DNA of 64,000 bases from positions 1,178,001 to 1,242,000 of the forward strand of contig LSRY02000021.1 in the NCBI GenBank assembly GCA_001643675.2, read 5' to 3'. Positions within the stretch are counted from its first letter, which is position 1, and each line of letters starts with the position of its first letter. Origin of the DNA: Monocercomonoides exilis PA203. Its lineage: Eukaryota > Protista > Preaxostyla. This document shows positions 47,990 to 59,712 of this stretch, in pieces. The position numbers and the translations under genes were made by a program. The notes under the pieces were generated by a model, which searched no databases, had not been told where the DNA came from, and saw only the letters and a list, made by a program, of their open reading frames with translations.

Positions 47990-50083
47990 ATGTTCCAAAT
48001 TCTATAAACCTTTTGTCTATTAATGCTCCATATTTTTAACTCTCTTCATCTCCAGGATTACTCGCAAATGAAATTCTTATTTCAATTGTGGCAAACATTT
48101 ATTCGCTCGTGTCCCCATCAACAGCTTTCGCTTCCAGCACGTTCAAAACACCATCAACTGTTCTATTGTCTCTTCTGTCAACAGTTCCGACACTTTTATC
48201 CTATCTTTAACACTTCTTTCTCCACCAAACACGCTCTTCACCAAATGCTCCTGTTGTTCATATTGGAACAGAATCTCAGCGAGAAACACCAGGAAGATTG
48301 GCTTCGTTTGATGAAAACAGTCATCGCTTTGAATGGTGCGAATGGAATGATTCAACTGGTGGATCTTCATCTGGTGGTGCACTTTATGTTAGTTGTACAA
48401 ATGCAAATCTTGCAATCACTTCTTGTTCATTCAATAATTGCTACTGCACAGGTAATGGTTATGGTGGAGCATTATATTGTGCATATTTACTGAATATCAA
48501 CATTGCAAAATCCAATTTCACAAGTTGTTCTGCTTTACATGGAGGAGCAAATTGTTTATCTACTCCACAATCAAATTCTGTTTGGACATTCTCAGATAAC
48601 AGAGTGGAAAGTTGCTCAATAACATACTGATGTGGAACTGGTTGGTATTTCTGGCTCAATAATATGACTTCAACTTGTCAATTCCTGTTTTCCAAATGCA
48701 AGTGCATTTCAAATTCTGGTGGCGATTCAACAGGTTCTTTAACATTTAATTGGCCTCCAAGCAACAAACCTTGTCAGTTTTCTATCAATGATTGTCAGTT
48801 CATCAACAACAATCTGACTTCCTCTGCCAATTATGGAGGAGCTGCCATTTATTTTCTTTCAACTTATTCCTGGATGAGCGGAAATAAATTCATCACATTC
48901 TGTTTCTTCGATGGCAACACTGCAACTAATGGCAGAGGAAATGATGTGTTCTTCAGTGGCAATGCCATCACCCAATCCCCGTTTGAGAATTGTGGATCAA
49001 CAACTCCATCAAAAAGAGTGTGGAATAACAATACAGCTGATAATACTGTGTACAATGGCTGGCTCCCCCTCATCAACCAGAACAAAATCGTTGCCAGCAA
49101 TTGAAGTGATGTCGATGCCTGTGGCAAAACACAGCAAAGCCCATGTTCCGACATCGATTATTCTTTCTCGATGACTTATTCTTTTTTCAAAGATTCCAAT
49201 CACATTTTCCTCATTTCAATATTTGTTCCTTCTCAAACTATTTATTTCATCGCGTTTGACTCAAAAATCACTGAAAATCACTGAAAATGGAACAACTGCT
49301 ACCATCATCGCATCCAGTGGCATTCCCCAGCCACCAACCTCACATTCACAGTCATCACAATCAGCATCATCATTTTCTTCATTTTCTTCATTATCAACAT
49401 CTTCTTCTTCACCAGATCCATCTGCCTCGTCTGCCCTCTTCCAACAGACCCAGGGCTCCCTCACAGTCTCTGCCCTCGCCATCGCCCACAACTCCACAAA
49501 CCAAATCACCCCCATCCTCTTCCACCTCTCCCAAAACTCCCCTTCCCTCAACCTCAACACGATCACCATCACTGGAACAACCCCATCTTCATCATCAATC
49601 ACCACATCCATCTTCTTCATCACTGCTGGCTCCCTCGCCCTCAACCACACAGCAATCACCAGTCTCGCCCTCAACAGCCAAAGCATCTTCCACCTCACCT
49701 CCCTCACAAACCCCCTCACCCTCAACTCCTCCAGCATCACCGACATCACCTCCATTGCCGCCACCACCAGCTGTGTCCTCTCCTCTGCCACCTCCCCTGC
49801 CCTCTCCCTCTCCCTCGCCAACTGCACCATCACCAACATCAACTCAGAACAGTTGAGCCAACAGACTGCCACCAATGGCGGATGCATCTCATTCGCCTCA
49901 TCTGCCCCTGCCAACACATTTTCGGTGAGGAACACAACCTTCTCCAGCTGCTCTGTGAGCGAAAGTGAAACGAGTGCTTTAGAAATAGAAGAGCTGATAA
50001 ATATAAAGAAAGAAAAATTCAATGGAAACAGAAGCAAAGGTGGAAGGAAGAATCCTTTCTTCTTTGAAAAGAAGCCTTCATAA
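47990..50083 (+). pseudogene. Truncated Cys/Ser/Thr-rich surface protein gene, left arm copy
   Basis: FEWCEWN, GGALY, GGAAIY, GRGNDVF, DACGK motifs; in-frame TGA at 48628 and 49102 plus frameshifts. Confidence 0.75.
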
Positions 50084-50657
50084 GAGATTTGTGGAGATGA
50101 AGAATGAAAAGGAAGAAAGAATTGATAACGAAAATATAGATGATGTGCAACGTGAAAAGAATGAGAAAATTAAAGAGAAAAAACATTTCAAAATTATGAG
50201 ATAACGACAAAAGAGATGATATGCGTGAAAATATGAAAGAACATTAAGAAAATGAAAAAGGAAAAAGAAATAGATTTACGATATTGCAACTTTAACATTA
50301 TATCCAATGAAAATATGATATTATATTCTGTAAAATAGAACACCAGAATGAAACAAATTTATTAATCAGAATTTAACAGAATATCGTTGTTTTCTTTTTT
50401 TATTTTAGTAAAAACGATAAAAATTATCTTCAAAGTGAATCATTCTTCACATAAAACTCAAAACAAATATTATTTTCATTTTATTAACAAATCATTTATT
50501 GAACATTTATTTAATTTAAGCGTGTGAACGAGCTTCCGTAGAATTATCAAGGTTTCTTTAATAAAACCTTCAAAAAAAGGTTTGATTTTTCTGTTATTTA
50601 CACTTTGTTTTTATAAGTGTTTTTTGTTTGTTTTATTTTCCTTTCCCACAATTATTA

Positions 50658-50865
50658 TTAATTTGAATGATCTTTTCTAATTTGAATTAGGATGGTGATT
50701 TTTAAATTTTGTGCTTTTATTTGAATTGAGTGGTATTAATTCAAATTAAAAGAGGTTTATTTAAAAAACCTATGTTAATTTGAATAAAGACCACTTAATT
50801 CAAATTAAAGGGCAAAAATTAAAAATCAACAGGAGATTTTAAATAAAAAAAGATCATTCAAATTA
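50658..50865. repeat. Central array of ~11 AATT(T/C)(G/A)AATT-like motifs at 19-20 bp period
   Basis: Motifs near 50660, 50679, 50699, 50718, 50738, 50758, 50777, 50797, 50816, 50836, 50855. Confidence 0.65.
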
Positions 50866-51440
50866 ATAATAATTGTGGGAAAGGAAAATAAAACAAACAA
50901 AAAACACTTATAAAAACAAAGTGTAAATAACAGAAAAATCAAACCTTTTTTTGAAGGTTTTATTAAAGAAACCTTGATAATTCTACGGAAGCTCGTTCAC
51001 ACGCTTAAATTAAATAAATGTTCAATAAATGATTTGTTAATAAAATGAAAATAATATTTGTTTTGAGTTTTATGTGAAGAATGATTCACTTTGAAGATAA
51101 TTTTTATCGTTTTTACTAAAATAAAAAAAGAAAACAACGATATTCTGTTAAATTCTGATTAATAAATTTGTTTCATTCTGGTGTTCTATTTTACAGAATA
51201 TAATATCATATTTTCATTGGATATAATGTTAAAGTTGCAATATCGTAAATCTATTTCTTTTTCCTTTTTCATTTTCTTAATGTTCTTTCATATTTTCACG
51301 CATATCATCTCTTTTGTCGTTATCTCATAATTTTGAAATGTTTTTTCTCTTTAATTTTCTCATTCTTTTCACGTTGCACATCATCTATATTTTCGTTATC
51401 AATTCTTTCTTCCTTTTCATTCTTCATCTCCACAAATCTC

Positions 51441-53440
51441 TTATGAAGGCTTCTTTTCAAAGAAGAAAGGATTCTTCCTTCCACCTTTGCTTCTGTTTCC
51501 ATTGAATTTTTCTTTCTTTATATTTATCAGCTCTTCTATTTCTAAAGCACTCGTTTCACTTTCGCTCGCACAGCAGCTGGAGAAGGTGGTTTTACTCACT
51601 GAAAACGAGTTGGCAGAGGCAGATGAGGCGAATGAGATGCATCCTCCATTTGTAGCAGTCTGTTGGTTTTGTGAAGCTGAATTGATGTTAATCATGGTGC
51701 AGTTGGTGAGGGAGAGGGAGAGGCCAGGGGAGGTGGCAGAGGAGAGGACACAGCTGGCGGGGGTGGCGGTGGAGGTGATGTGGGTGATGTTGGAGGAGTT
51801 GAGGGTGAGGGGAGCCGTGAGGGAGGTGAGGTGGAAGATGCTTTGGCTGTTGAGGGCGAGACTGGTGATTGCTGTGTGGTTGAGGGCGAGGGAGCCAGCA
51901 GTGAGGAAGAAGAGGGGTGTTTTTATTGTTATGGAGGTTGTTCCAGTGATGGTGGTTGTGTTGAGGTTGAGGGAAGGGGAGTTTTGGGAGAGGTGGAAGA
52001 GGATGGGGGTGATTTCATTTGTGGAGTTGTGGGCGATGGCGAGGGCAGACGAGGCAGATGGGTCAAGGGATGACAATAAAATGGAAGAAGAAGAAGAAGA
52101 TGGTTGAGGAATGCAATCTGAGGCGATGGTGGTGGTAGTTGTGCCATTGCCCATGATTTTTGTGTCAAAAGCAAAGAAGATTAGCGTCTGGACGGGTGTA
52201 AAGGTGGAGTTGAGGAGGATAAGTGAAGCATCTTGAAAGAGAGCGAAGCCAGCGAGAGCTTACTCGATGGTGGCACATGGGGTTTGTTGTGTTTTGCCAC
52301 AGGCATCGACATCACTTCCACCATTTGCAACAATTTTATTCTGGGCAACGAGAGGGAGCCAGCCATTGTACACGGTGTTATCAGCTTGGTTATTGTTCCA
52401 CACTCTTTTTGATGGAGTTGTTGATCCACAATTCTCAAACGGGGATTGGGTGATGGCATTGCCACTGAAGAACACATCATTTCCTCTGCCATTAGTTGCA
52501 GTGTTGCCATCGAAGAAACAGAATGTGATGAATTTATTTCCGCTCATCCAGTTATATGTTGCATAACAGTAAATGGCAGCACCTCCATATGTTGAAGAAG
52601 AGTTCAATTTGTTGTTTATGAATTGACACTCATTTACCAAAAACTGACTTGGTTTATTTTGTGGAGGATTATTGAATGTTAAAGAACCAGCAGCATCACC
52701 ACCTGAGTTTGAAATGCACTTGCATTTAGAAAACAGGAATTGACAAGTTGAAGTCATATTATTGAGCCAGAAATACCAACCAGTTCCACATCAGTATGTT
52801 ATTGAGCAACTTTCCACTCTGTTATCTGAGAATGTCCAAACAGAATTAGTTTGCGGATACCTGATGCAATTTGCTCCTCCATGAGCAGCTGAACAACTTG
52901 TGAAATTGGATTTTGTGATATCAATTTTTAACAAACTTTCACAATACAACGCACCACCATGGCCATTACCTGTGCATAAACAATTGTTGAATGAACAAGA
53001 AGTGATTGTGAGATTTGCATTTGTACAACTAACATAAAGTGCACCACCAGATGAAGATCCACCAGTTGAATCATTCCATTCGCACCATTCAAAGCGATGA
53101 CTGTTTTCATCAAACGAAGCCAATCTTCCTGGTGTTTCTCGCTGAGATTCTGTTCCAATATGAACAACAGGAGCATTTGGTGAAGAGCGTGTTTGGTGCA
53201 GGAAAGAGGAGTTGAAGGCGGAGAGAGAAGTGGATTGGCTGTTGAGGGAAGTAATGATTGATCATTTGATAGTGTTCTGAATGTGTCGGAAGAGAAATCT
53301 GTTGATGGGGACGCGCGAAAATAAATAAATGCGATCAAATTAATTATATATCTGTTTGCGAGTAATCCTGAGGATGAAGAGAGTTAAAAATATAAAGCAT
53401 CAAAAAATAAAAAGGTTTATAGAATTCGGAACACGAAAGA
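51441..53440 (-). pseudogene. Truncated Cys/Ser/Thr-rich surface protein gene, right arm copy
   Basis: Paralogous ORF pieces 52791-53123, 52260-52757, 51441-52154; same TGA (52791-52793) and same 3' junction as the left copy. Confidence 0.75.
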
Positions 53441-54230
53441 AAAATGTGTAATCGGCTAAATAATTAGATAAATATCGAAAAAGTTAAATTTGTTAAAAAT
53501 AGAAATGTTTAATATTCGATGCGAAATCTTGAAAAATAACCATACATACTTTTTAAAATTCAGTGTTTTATATATTTCTTGTTCATGATTTTAAACATTG
53601 TTTTTCAGCAAGGTGAAAAATGAAAAACAACATTGTTTGAAAATTGCAGTTGCTTAAAACAAAAAAAGCAGTAATTACCTTACGAGTGCTGAACAAAATA
53701 GCACAGAAGTTGTTGTTGATGTTACAGTTATTAAGAAACAGTTTGCAATTGCGAAGAAATAAACTAAAAATTTGATGAAGCATTTATGATTTGTATATTG
53801 GGAAAAATGAATTTTTAATTGTTAAAACCATACACACTCGTCTTATATAACTCATGTTTTCGATAACATAAGTTGGAATAGCATTTTAAACGAATTATCG
53901 AATTATTCAATTTTTTCGTAGCCGATTATTGAAAGATCAAAAATTTTGCAAAAAGAGAATCAAAATTACCAACAGTATTTTATATCAATCTTTAATGTTA
54001 ATTATTTAATGTTATCTATATTCATGTTTTGAACATTCAATTCAAAATAGGATGAAGATTTTAAAAATAAGCAAGTCAATTCAAATAAACAGGGGTTATT
54101 TTAAATAACCCCCACAATTTTAAATTATTTTTTCAATTTGAATAATTTGATTCAATCTGCATTGTATCTAATATTTTGTTATTTTCCAAGCTTTGCAGCT
54201 CGTTTTGAATATTTTTTAGCAACAAACAGA

Positions 54231-57200
54231 ATGACCTCATTTAATGCTGATGAGACTGTTGATGTGATTCCTGAGACGTCCGGAACAGTAAAGTTTTGTG
54301 GTATGTCAATATTCATTTGACTGTATGTTTGATGATCATCATTAAATCAGAAATGATAATTGAACTAGAAGATTGCAACGAGAACGTGCAGAAACAGAAA
54401 ATAGATGTCATTAGTGAATTACCATTGGTGGAAAACCCGGTAAGTAGTGGAAAACCCGGTAGTTGTAAGTCATTATTGTCAGTTTTTTCAACGTAAAAGT
54501 TGTCTCAATTCATTTTAAATACTTATATTTTCCTTTTAGTAAGATTTTTGTGGGTACAAAAATTTATGCTTGTAAAAAAATTGTGTGTGATTTGAATTAG
54601 AAAATTATTTTTAATATTTGATCATAACCATAAAGATGTAAAAAGCAAGCGGAAAGCTCAGCTACAGCTTAGGAGAGAGGTTTGTAATAAAATATTTCAA
54701 GTGGCTCTTGATTACATTTATATTTCTTTAGATTTGCAACAAGAATTTTTGAGACTATGCATGCATGGCATATATTCTGATTGTGGTGTGCTTTTTTTGC
54801 AGCAAGCTTTCCGGAAGAAAGATTACAGTTTGTTATTTTTTGTATTAAGTTTTTTTATTATTTTATGTTATAAATTATGTTTAAATACTTCAAAAATGAG
54901 GTTTTAACAGCACCGTTTGATACACATATTTTTTGAGTTTATTGTGTAAAATTCGTGCAATAAATGTATGACACTTTGTTTTTGTGTTATTAATGCTAAC
55001 TTCTAACTGCCATTAAAATTTTGATGTGCGTTAATGCTTATTCAATGAAAATTTTACAATATATCATTTATAATAATTTCTTCAATTCTTTTTGTTATAA
55101 ATTAATTATCTCCTATTTTTATAGTTTTCCTTGAATTTATACTCAATACATTAAGCACATTGATTTAATATCTTGAATTTTTTTTCACACATAAATATTT
55201 GAAAAATGTTTTTTAATGTTTTGAATGAATTTTTTAAGATTTTTTTTAATATTTGTTTATACGTTAGAATTTTATTGTCAATTATTTAATGAATGGTGAC
55301 TTTTTGGAAAATTGAAACTTTCTAATATCTAACAATTTGTTTTATTTCAAGAATATGGAGAAAACAAGATTATTAACAAAATTTATTATATTTTAAAACA
55401 ATTGAAATAAGGTGCAATTTTAAAGTTGAAATAACAACATATAATAACATAATAATAATAAAAAAATAAAAAAATAAAATATGCTGGTCATTTTTTCGTC
55501 AAACATTTAATATATAATAATAATAAACATGAAAAAACATTTTTCAAATATTTATGTGTGAAAAAAAAATTCAAGATATTAAATCAATGTGCTTAATGTA
55601 TTGAGTATAAATTCAAGGAAAACTATAAAAATAGGAGATAATTAATTTATAACAAAAAGAATTGAAGAAATTATTATAAATGATATATTGTAAAATTTTC
55701 ATTGAATAAGCATTAACGCACATCAAAATTTTAATGGCAGTTAGAAGTTAGCATTAATAACACAAAAACAAAGTGTCATACATTTATTGCACGAATTTTA
55801 CACAATAAACTCAAAAAATATGTGTATCAAACGGTGCTGTTAAAACCTCATTTTTGAAGTATTTAAACATAATTTATAACATAAAATAATAAAAAAACTT
55901 AATACAAAAAATAACAAACTGTAATCTTTCTTCCGGAAAGCTTGCTGCAAAAAAAGCACACCACAATCAGAATATATGCCATGCATGCATAGTCTCAAAA
56001 ATTCTTGTTGCAAATCTAAAGAAATATAAATGTAATCAAGAGCCACTTGAAATATTTTATTACAAACCTCTCTCCTAAGCTGTAGCTGAGCTTTCCGCTT
56101 GCTTTTTACATCTTTATGGTTATGATCAAATATTAAAAATAATTTTCTAATTCAAATCACACACAATTTTTTTACAAGCATAAATTTTTGTACCCACAAA
56201 AATCTTACTAAAAGGAAAATATAAGTATTTAAAATGAATTGAGACAACTTTTACGTTGAAAAAACTGACAATAATGACTTACAACTACCGGGTTTTCCAC
56301 TACTTACCGGGTTTTCCACCAATGGTAATGGAAGAAATGGATAATGTGCAATGCTATTCTATTTTGACAACAGATCTGTTCAACAGAATCAGCAAAATGA
56401 TTGAAGAAGAGAAAATGTCATTGGAAAATACCATTTCGTTATTGAAACATATGGGGTATTTCAATGCATTGAAAAAATACATGGAATCGAAACTTTGAAA
56501 ATTCTTCGTTATACAATGAATTAAGAAGGATGATATTCGATGAAAAGAGGGAAAAAGAAGGGAGAAATGAAAATCTTCTTGTTGGACTTTGTGAATGCTA
56601 TCTCATGTTACGTTATATATTTCAAAATTCGTCAAAAGAAATAACTTATGTATGCGTTCATCACCTTTTGAAATCTGCATTGAGCAAAATGGAAAACAAA
56701 GAAGCACAAAAGGAAGTGGAAACGGTTTTGCTTGCTTTGAGCAGCATTGGAGATAATGTGTGAGAATTTCGATTTCCTTTTTGTTGTAGTATTATTTATA
56801 ATCTATTTTATCAGAAAGTTCCAAAAGAACTGTATTTGGGCGCTATCAAAGAAATCATTGAATATCATCACGAAAATCACAATCTGACACATCTTGCCTA
56901 TCAATCAGCTTGGCAGTTTTTAATTGACAGGTTTTTCAGAGATAAAGACTTGGAAATAGTTATTGTGAATGAACTTCATTTTCCGAGAGAGGCTGCAACA
57001 GAACTGGAAGAGCTGTCAAAATTTGTGAATTGGAAGAAAAAAGAAAGAGAGAAAATAGGAAAAGAAACGAAAGAAGAATTGGTATTGATGAGATGGCTCG
57101 ATACATTGAAGATTTATTTTCACTGTTGTCCATTGCATCATGAAGAATTTATTGAGCTCATCAACAGCATTGCTCAGGTATATCGAGCAGCAAAAGTGAA

Positions 57201-57580
57201 TAATGAAGAAATTAGTTACAAGTGCATTTCCTCCTTGGGAAATGCAGCAGAAAATAGAGTTGTGGAAGTTGAAGACTTGTTGAAAAGTGGTGCTGTTGGT
57301 TCTGTTTTGGAGGAGATTCTGCATTTCACATTAAATCACTTTTTGATGTGTTATTGCTTGTTTTTTTTTTCAGACTATTCAAGAAAGACTGAAAGAAGAG
57401 GGGAAGGATGAAAATGAAGAAGCGGAAAGAAAGATAATGAAAATGGAGATATTTGAATGGATGGAAGAAGAAGGATATGAAGATATCATCACTAGCCTTC
57501 TTATAATATTTGACGTTCTAAACGATAGATATGACTGTGGATTACCATATAATATTTCTGAATATTTTGTGAATGTTTAG
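54231..57580 (+). pseudogene. Helical multicopy family member (copy 2) disrupted by a foldback element
   Basis: Removing 54422-56327 restores QKQKIDVISELMEEMDNV; further frameshifts near 56490 and 57365. Confidence 0.85.
54422..56325. mobile_element. Non-autonomous foldback element, 1904 bp, ~790-bp near-perfect TIRs, TA duplication
   Basis: CCATTGGTGGAAAACCCGG... ends; arms ~54422-55214 and ~55532-56325; TA at 54420-54421 and 56326-56327. Confidence 0.95.
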
Positions 57581-58305
57581 TGAATTAAAATGAGTTGAAT
57601 TTTGCAGTGCATATTTTTTCTTTTTCTATTTTCATCATTTCACAAAATGGAAAAAAAAAGAAAAGATCGAAATATCTATTGTTCTTTGTGAATTGATGAT
57701 GTTGTTCAATCGGAAAAAAAAATAATGAAAAACATATTTTTTTCAAAATACTTTATTCATCAAAAAAGAAGAGAAAGAAGAGATAGATGAGAAAGATAAT
57801 GAAGAAGACGAAGAAGACAAAGTTGAAAATTCAGGGTTGAGAAGTGAAAATCGGCCTGCAAATGAAGAAAAAATACTTCATTTCCATTTAACTTCGTATT
57901 CCTCCAAAAAATAAACTTTTTTCTCATTGAATTTAATTCTCTCTTCTTAAAGTTAAAAAAAAAGATCTAGCAGAAAAAAAGGAAAGAAGTCGGTGTTTCA
58001 AAAGGCTTCTCAAAAGATCAGAAAAGAGAATCAATAAGAGATGTAGAACAAACTTGCCTATATTTATTTCATTTTCATGAAACTGCTTTGAAGATGAAAC
58101 TCATATGGTGAAGAATTTAAAAAAAGATAAGAAGAAAATGGAGATCATTTTAATTCTATTTTTAAACTTCATTTCATCAAAAATGAAGTGGAATAAAAAA
58201 TTTAATATTTGACAAAAAAACAGAAAATTTTTTGTTGAATTGTGAAAAAAAATAAAAAAATAAAAAAACTAATTTGAATTACAATATTTGTAATATTATA
58301 ATTTG

Positions 58306-59712
58306 TTAGGTATTTACAAAATAATCTGAAACATCCAACGATAATGCACGTTGAAATCTTCTTCTTAGAAAACTAAAAACTTCATGAAGGCTTGCGATGA
58401 TATCTTCATATCCCTCTTCTTCCAACTTTTCAAACACTTTCCTTTTTGTTGTTTTTCTTTTCATTTCTTCCGTTTCATCTTTCTTCTTTTCTTTCAATCT
58501 TCTTGAAATATTCAAAAAGATAAGAGAGCTTTCACATGTAATATTGCCATCTATTGTTTGCCGCTGAATCTCCTCCAAAACTGCATCAACAGCTCCACTT
58601 TTCAGCAAGTCTTCAATTTCTGCAATCTTTCTGATCGATATCACTTTAAGTAAACAAATGCAAAAATTGCAAATATCTCTGTAATTGCTCCTTGATGCTC
58701 GATAAATCTGAACAATGCTACGAATAAGCCCAATAAATTCTTCATTCCACAATTGACAACAGCGAAAAAAAAGATTCAATACATGCAGCCATCTCAATGA
58801 AACAATCTCCTCTTCAATTTCTTTTCCTCTTTCCTCTCCTTCTTTTCTCTTCCAATCAATGCATCTTTTCGACTCTTCCAATTCTCTTGTTGCCTTTCTT
58901 GCAAAATGCAGTTCACTGACAATAATTTTTTCCAACGATCCATTGCTGTAAAGTCTGCTAATCAAAATTTGCCAAGCAGACTGATAAGCAAGCTGAGTCA
59001 GATTGCAATGCTCCTGATGATATTCGATGATTTCTTTGATCTCATTCAAATACAGATCTTTTTTGATAGACTGACAAAAAAAGATTGGGGAAAAACATTC
59101 AATCAAAAATGAAAATGAACTACTCATACGAGATATTCAAGATTACACAATGCCATCAAAGCCATTTCCACTTCTTTTCTAACTTTCCCATTTTCTTCTT
59201 TCTTCAATGCAACTTTCAGAAGGTTAGGAATACAAATTGAAGTCAAGTCAGGCGAGATGTGATTTGTTGTAGAAATATAGCATTCGCAGAGATCAACCAG
59301 GAGCTTTTCATCCTTTTCTTTTTTCTTCTCATTTTCATCAATAATCATCTTTTCGAATTTATCACGCAGAAAAGAAAAACGAAGAGCAATTTCGCTCGTA
59401 TCTCCTGTGAGTTCGTAATACATAATATACTTCAGCAACCAAATTGCGTTGTAAATCGACACTTTATCTTCTTCAATCATTTCGAGCATTTTGTTGAACA
59501 GTTCTGTTGTGAAAATGGATTCAAATTCTTCCATATTCATTTCATCAATTATTTCATTCATTTCAATGATTTTTTGTTTCTGACCAATTTTCGTGCAATG
59601 CTCCAGTTCGCAAAACAATTCTTTAATAAAAAATAGAAATAAATAATAGAAATAAATGAGAATTCAAATACAACAACGAATGCAAGCCTGTGAACTTTTT
59701 TATGTTGTCCAT
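58306..59712 (-). CDS. Helical multicopy family member (copy 3), apparently intact, 3 exons
   Basis: MDNIKKFT|ELFCELEHC..., intron 1 at 59687-59621 (GC-AG), GT-AG intron 2 near 59129-59071; family motifs LAYQSAW, EEEGYED. Confidence 0.75.

Larger units (their letters stand above)
47252..54172. repeat. ~6.9-kb palindrome (inverted duplication) centred at ~50761
   Basis: ATTAGATACAATGCAGATT at 47252 mirrors ...54172; inner arms ~49957-50677 and ~50849-51567 look identical; outer arms are diverged mosaics. Confidence 0.95.

Noticed and set aside
4005-52793. Stop-codon reassignment suggested by isolated in-frame TAA/TGA (4767, 4254, 38892, 48628, 49102, 52791)
   Set aside because: The 2600-aa and 3300-aa ORFs have no internal stops, and intact genes end in TGA, TAA and TAG; point mutations in decaying genes explain the cases
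54701-56046. Identical 68-aa ORFs on opposite strands (also the 60-63 aa pairs at 50019-51505)
   Set aside because: Mirror products of inverted repeats with no coding evidence
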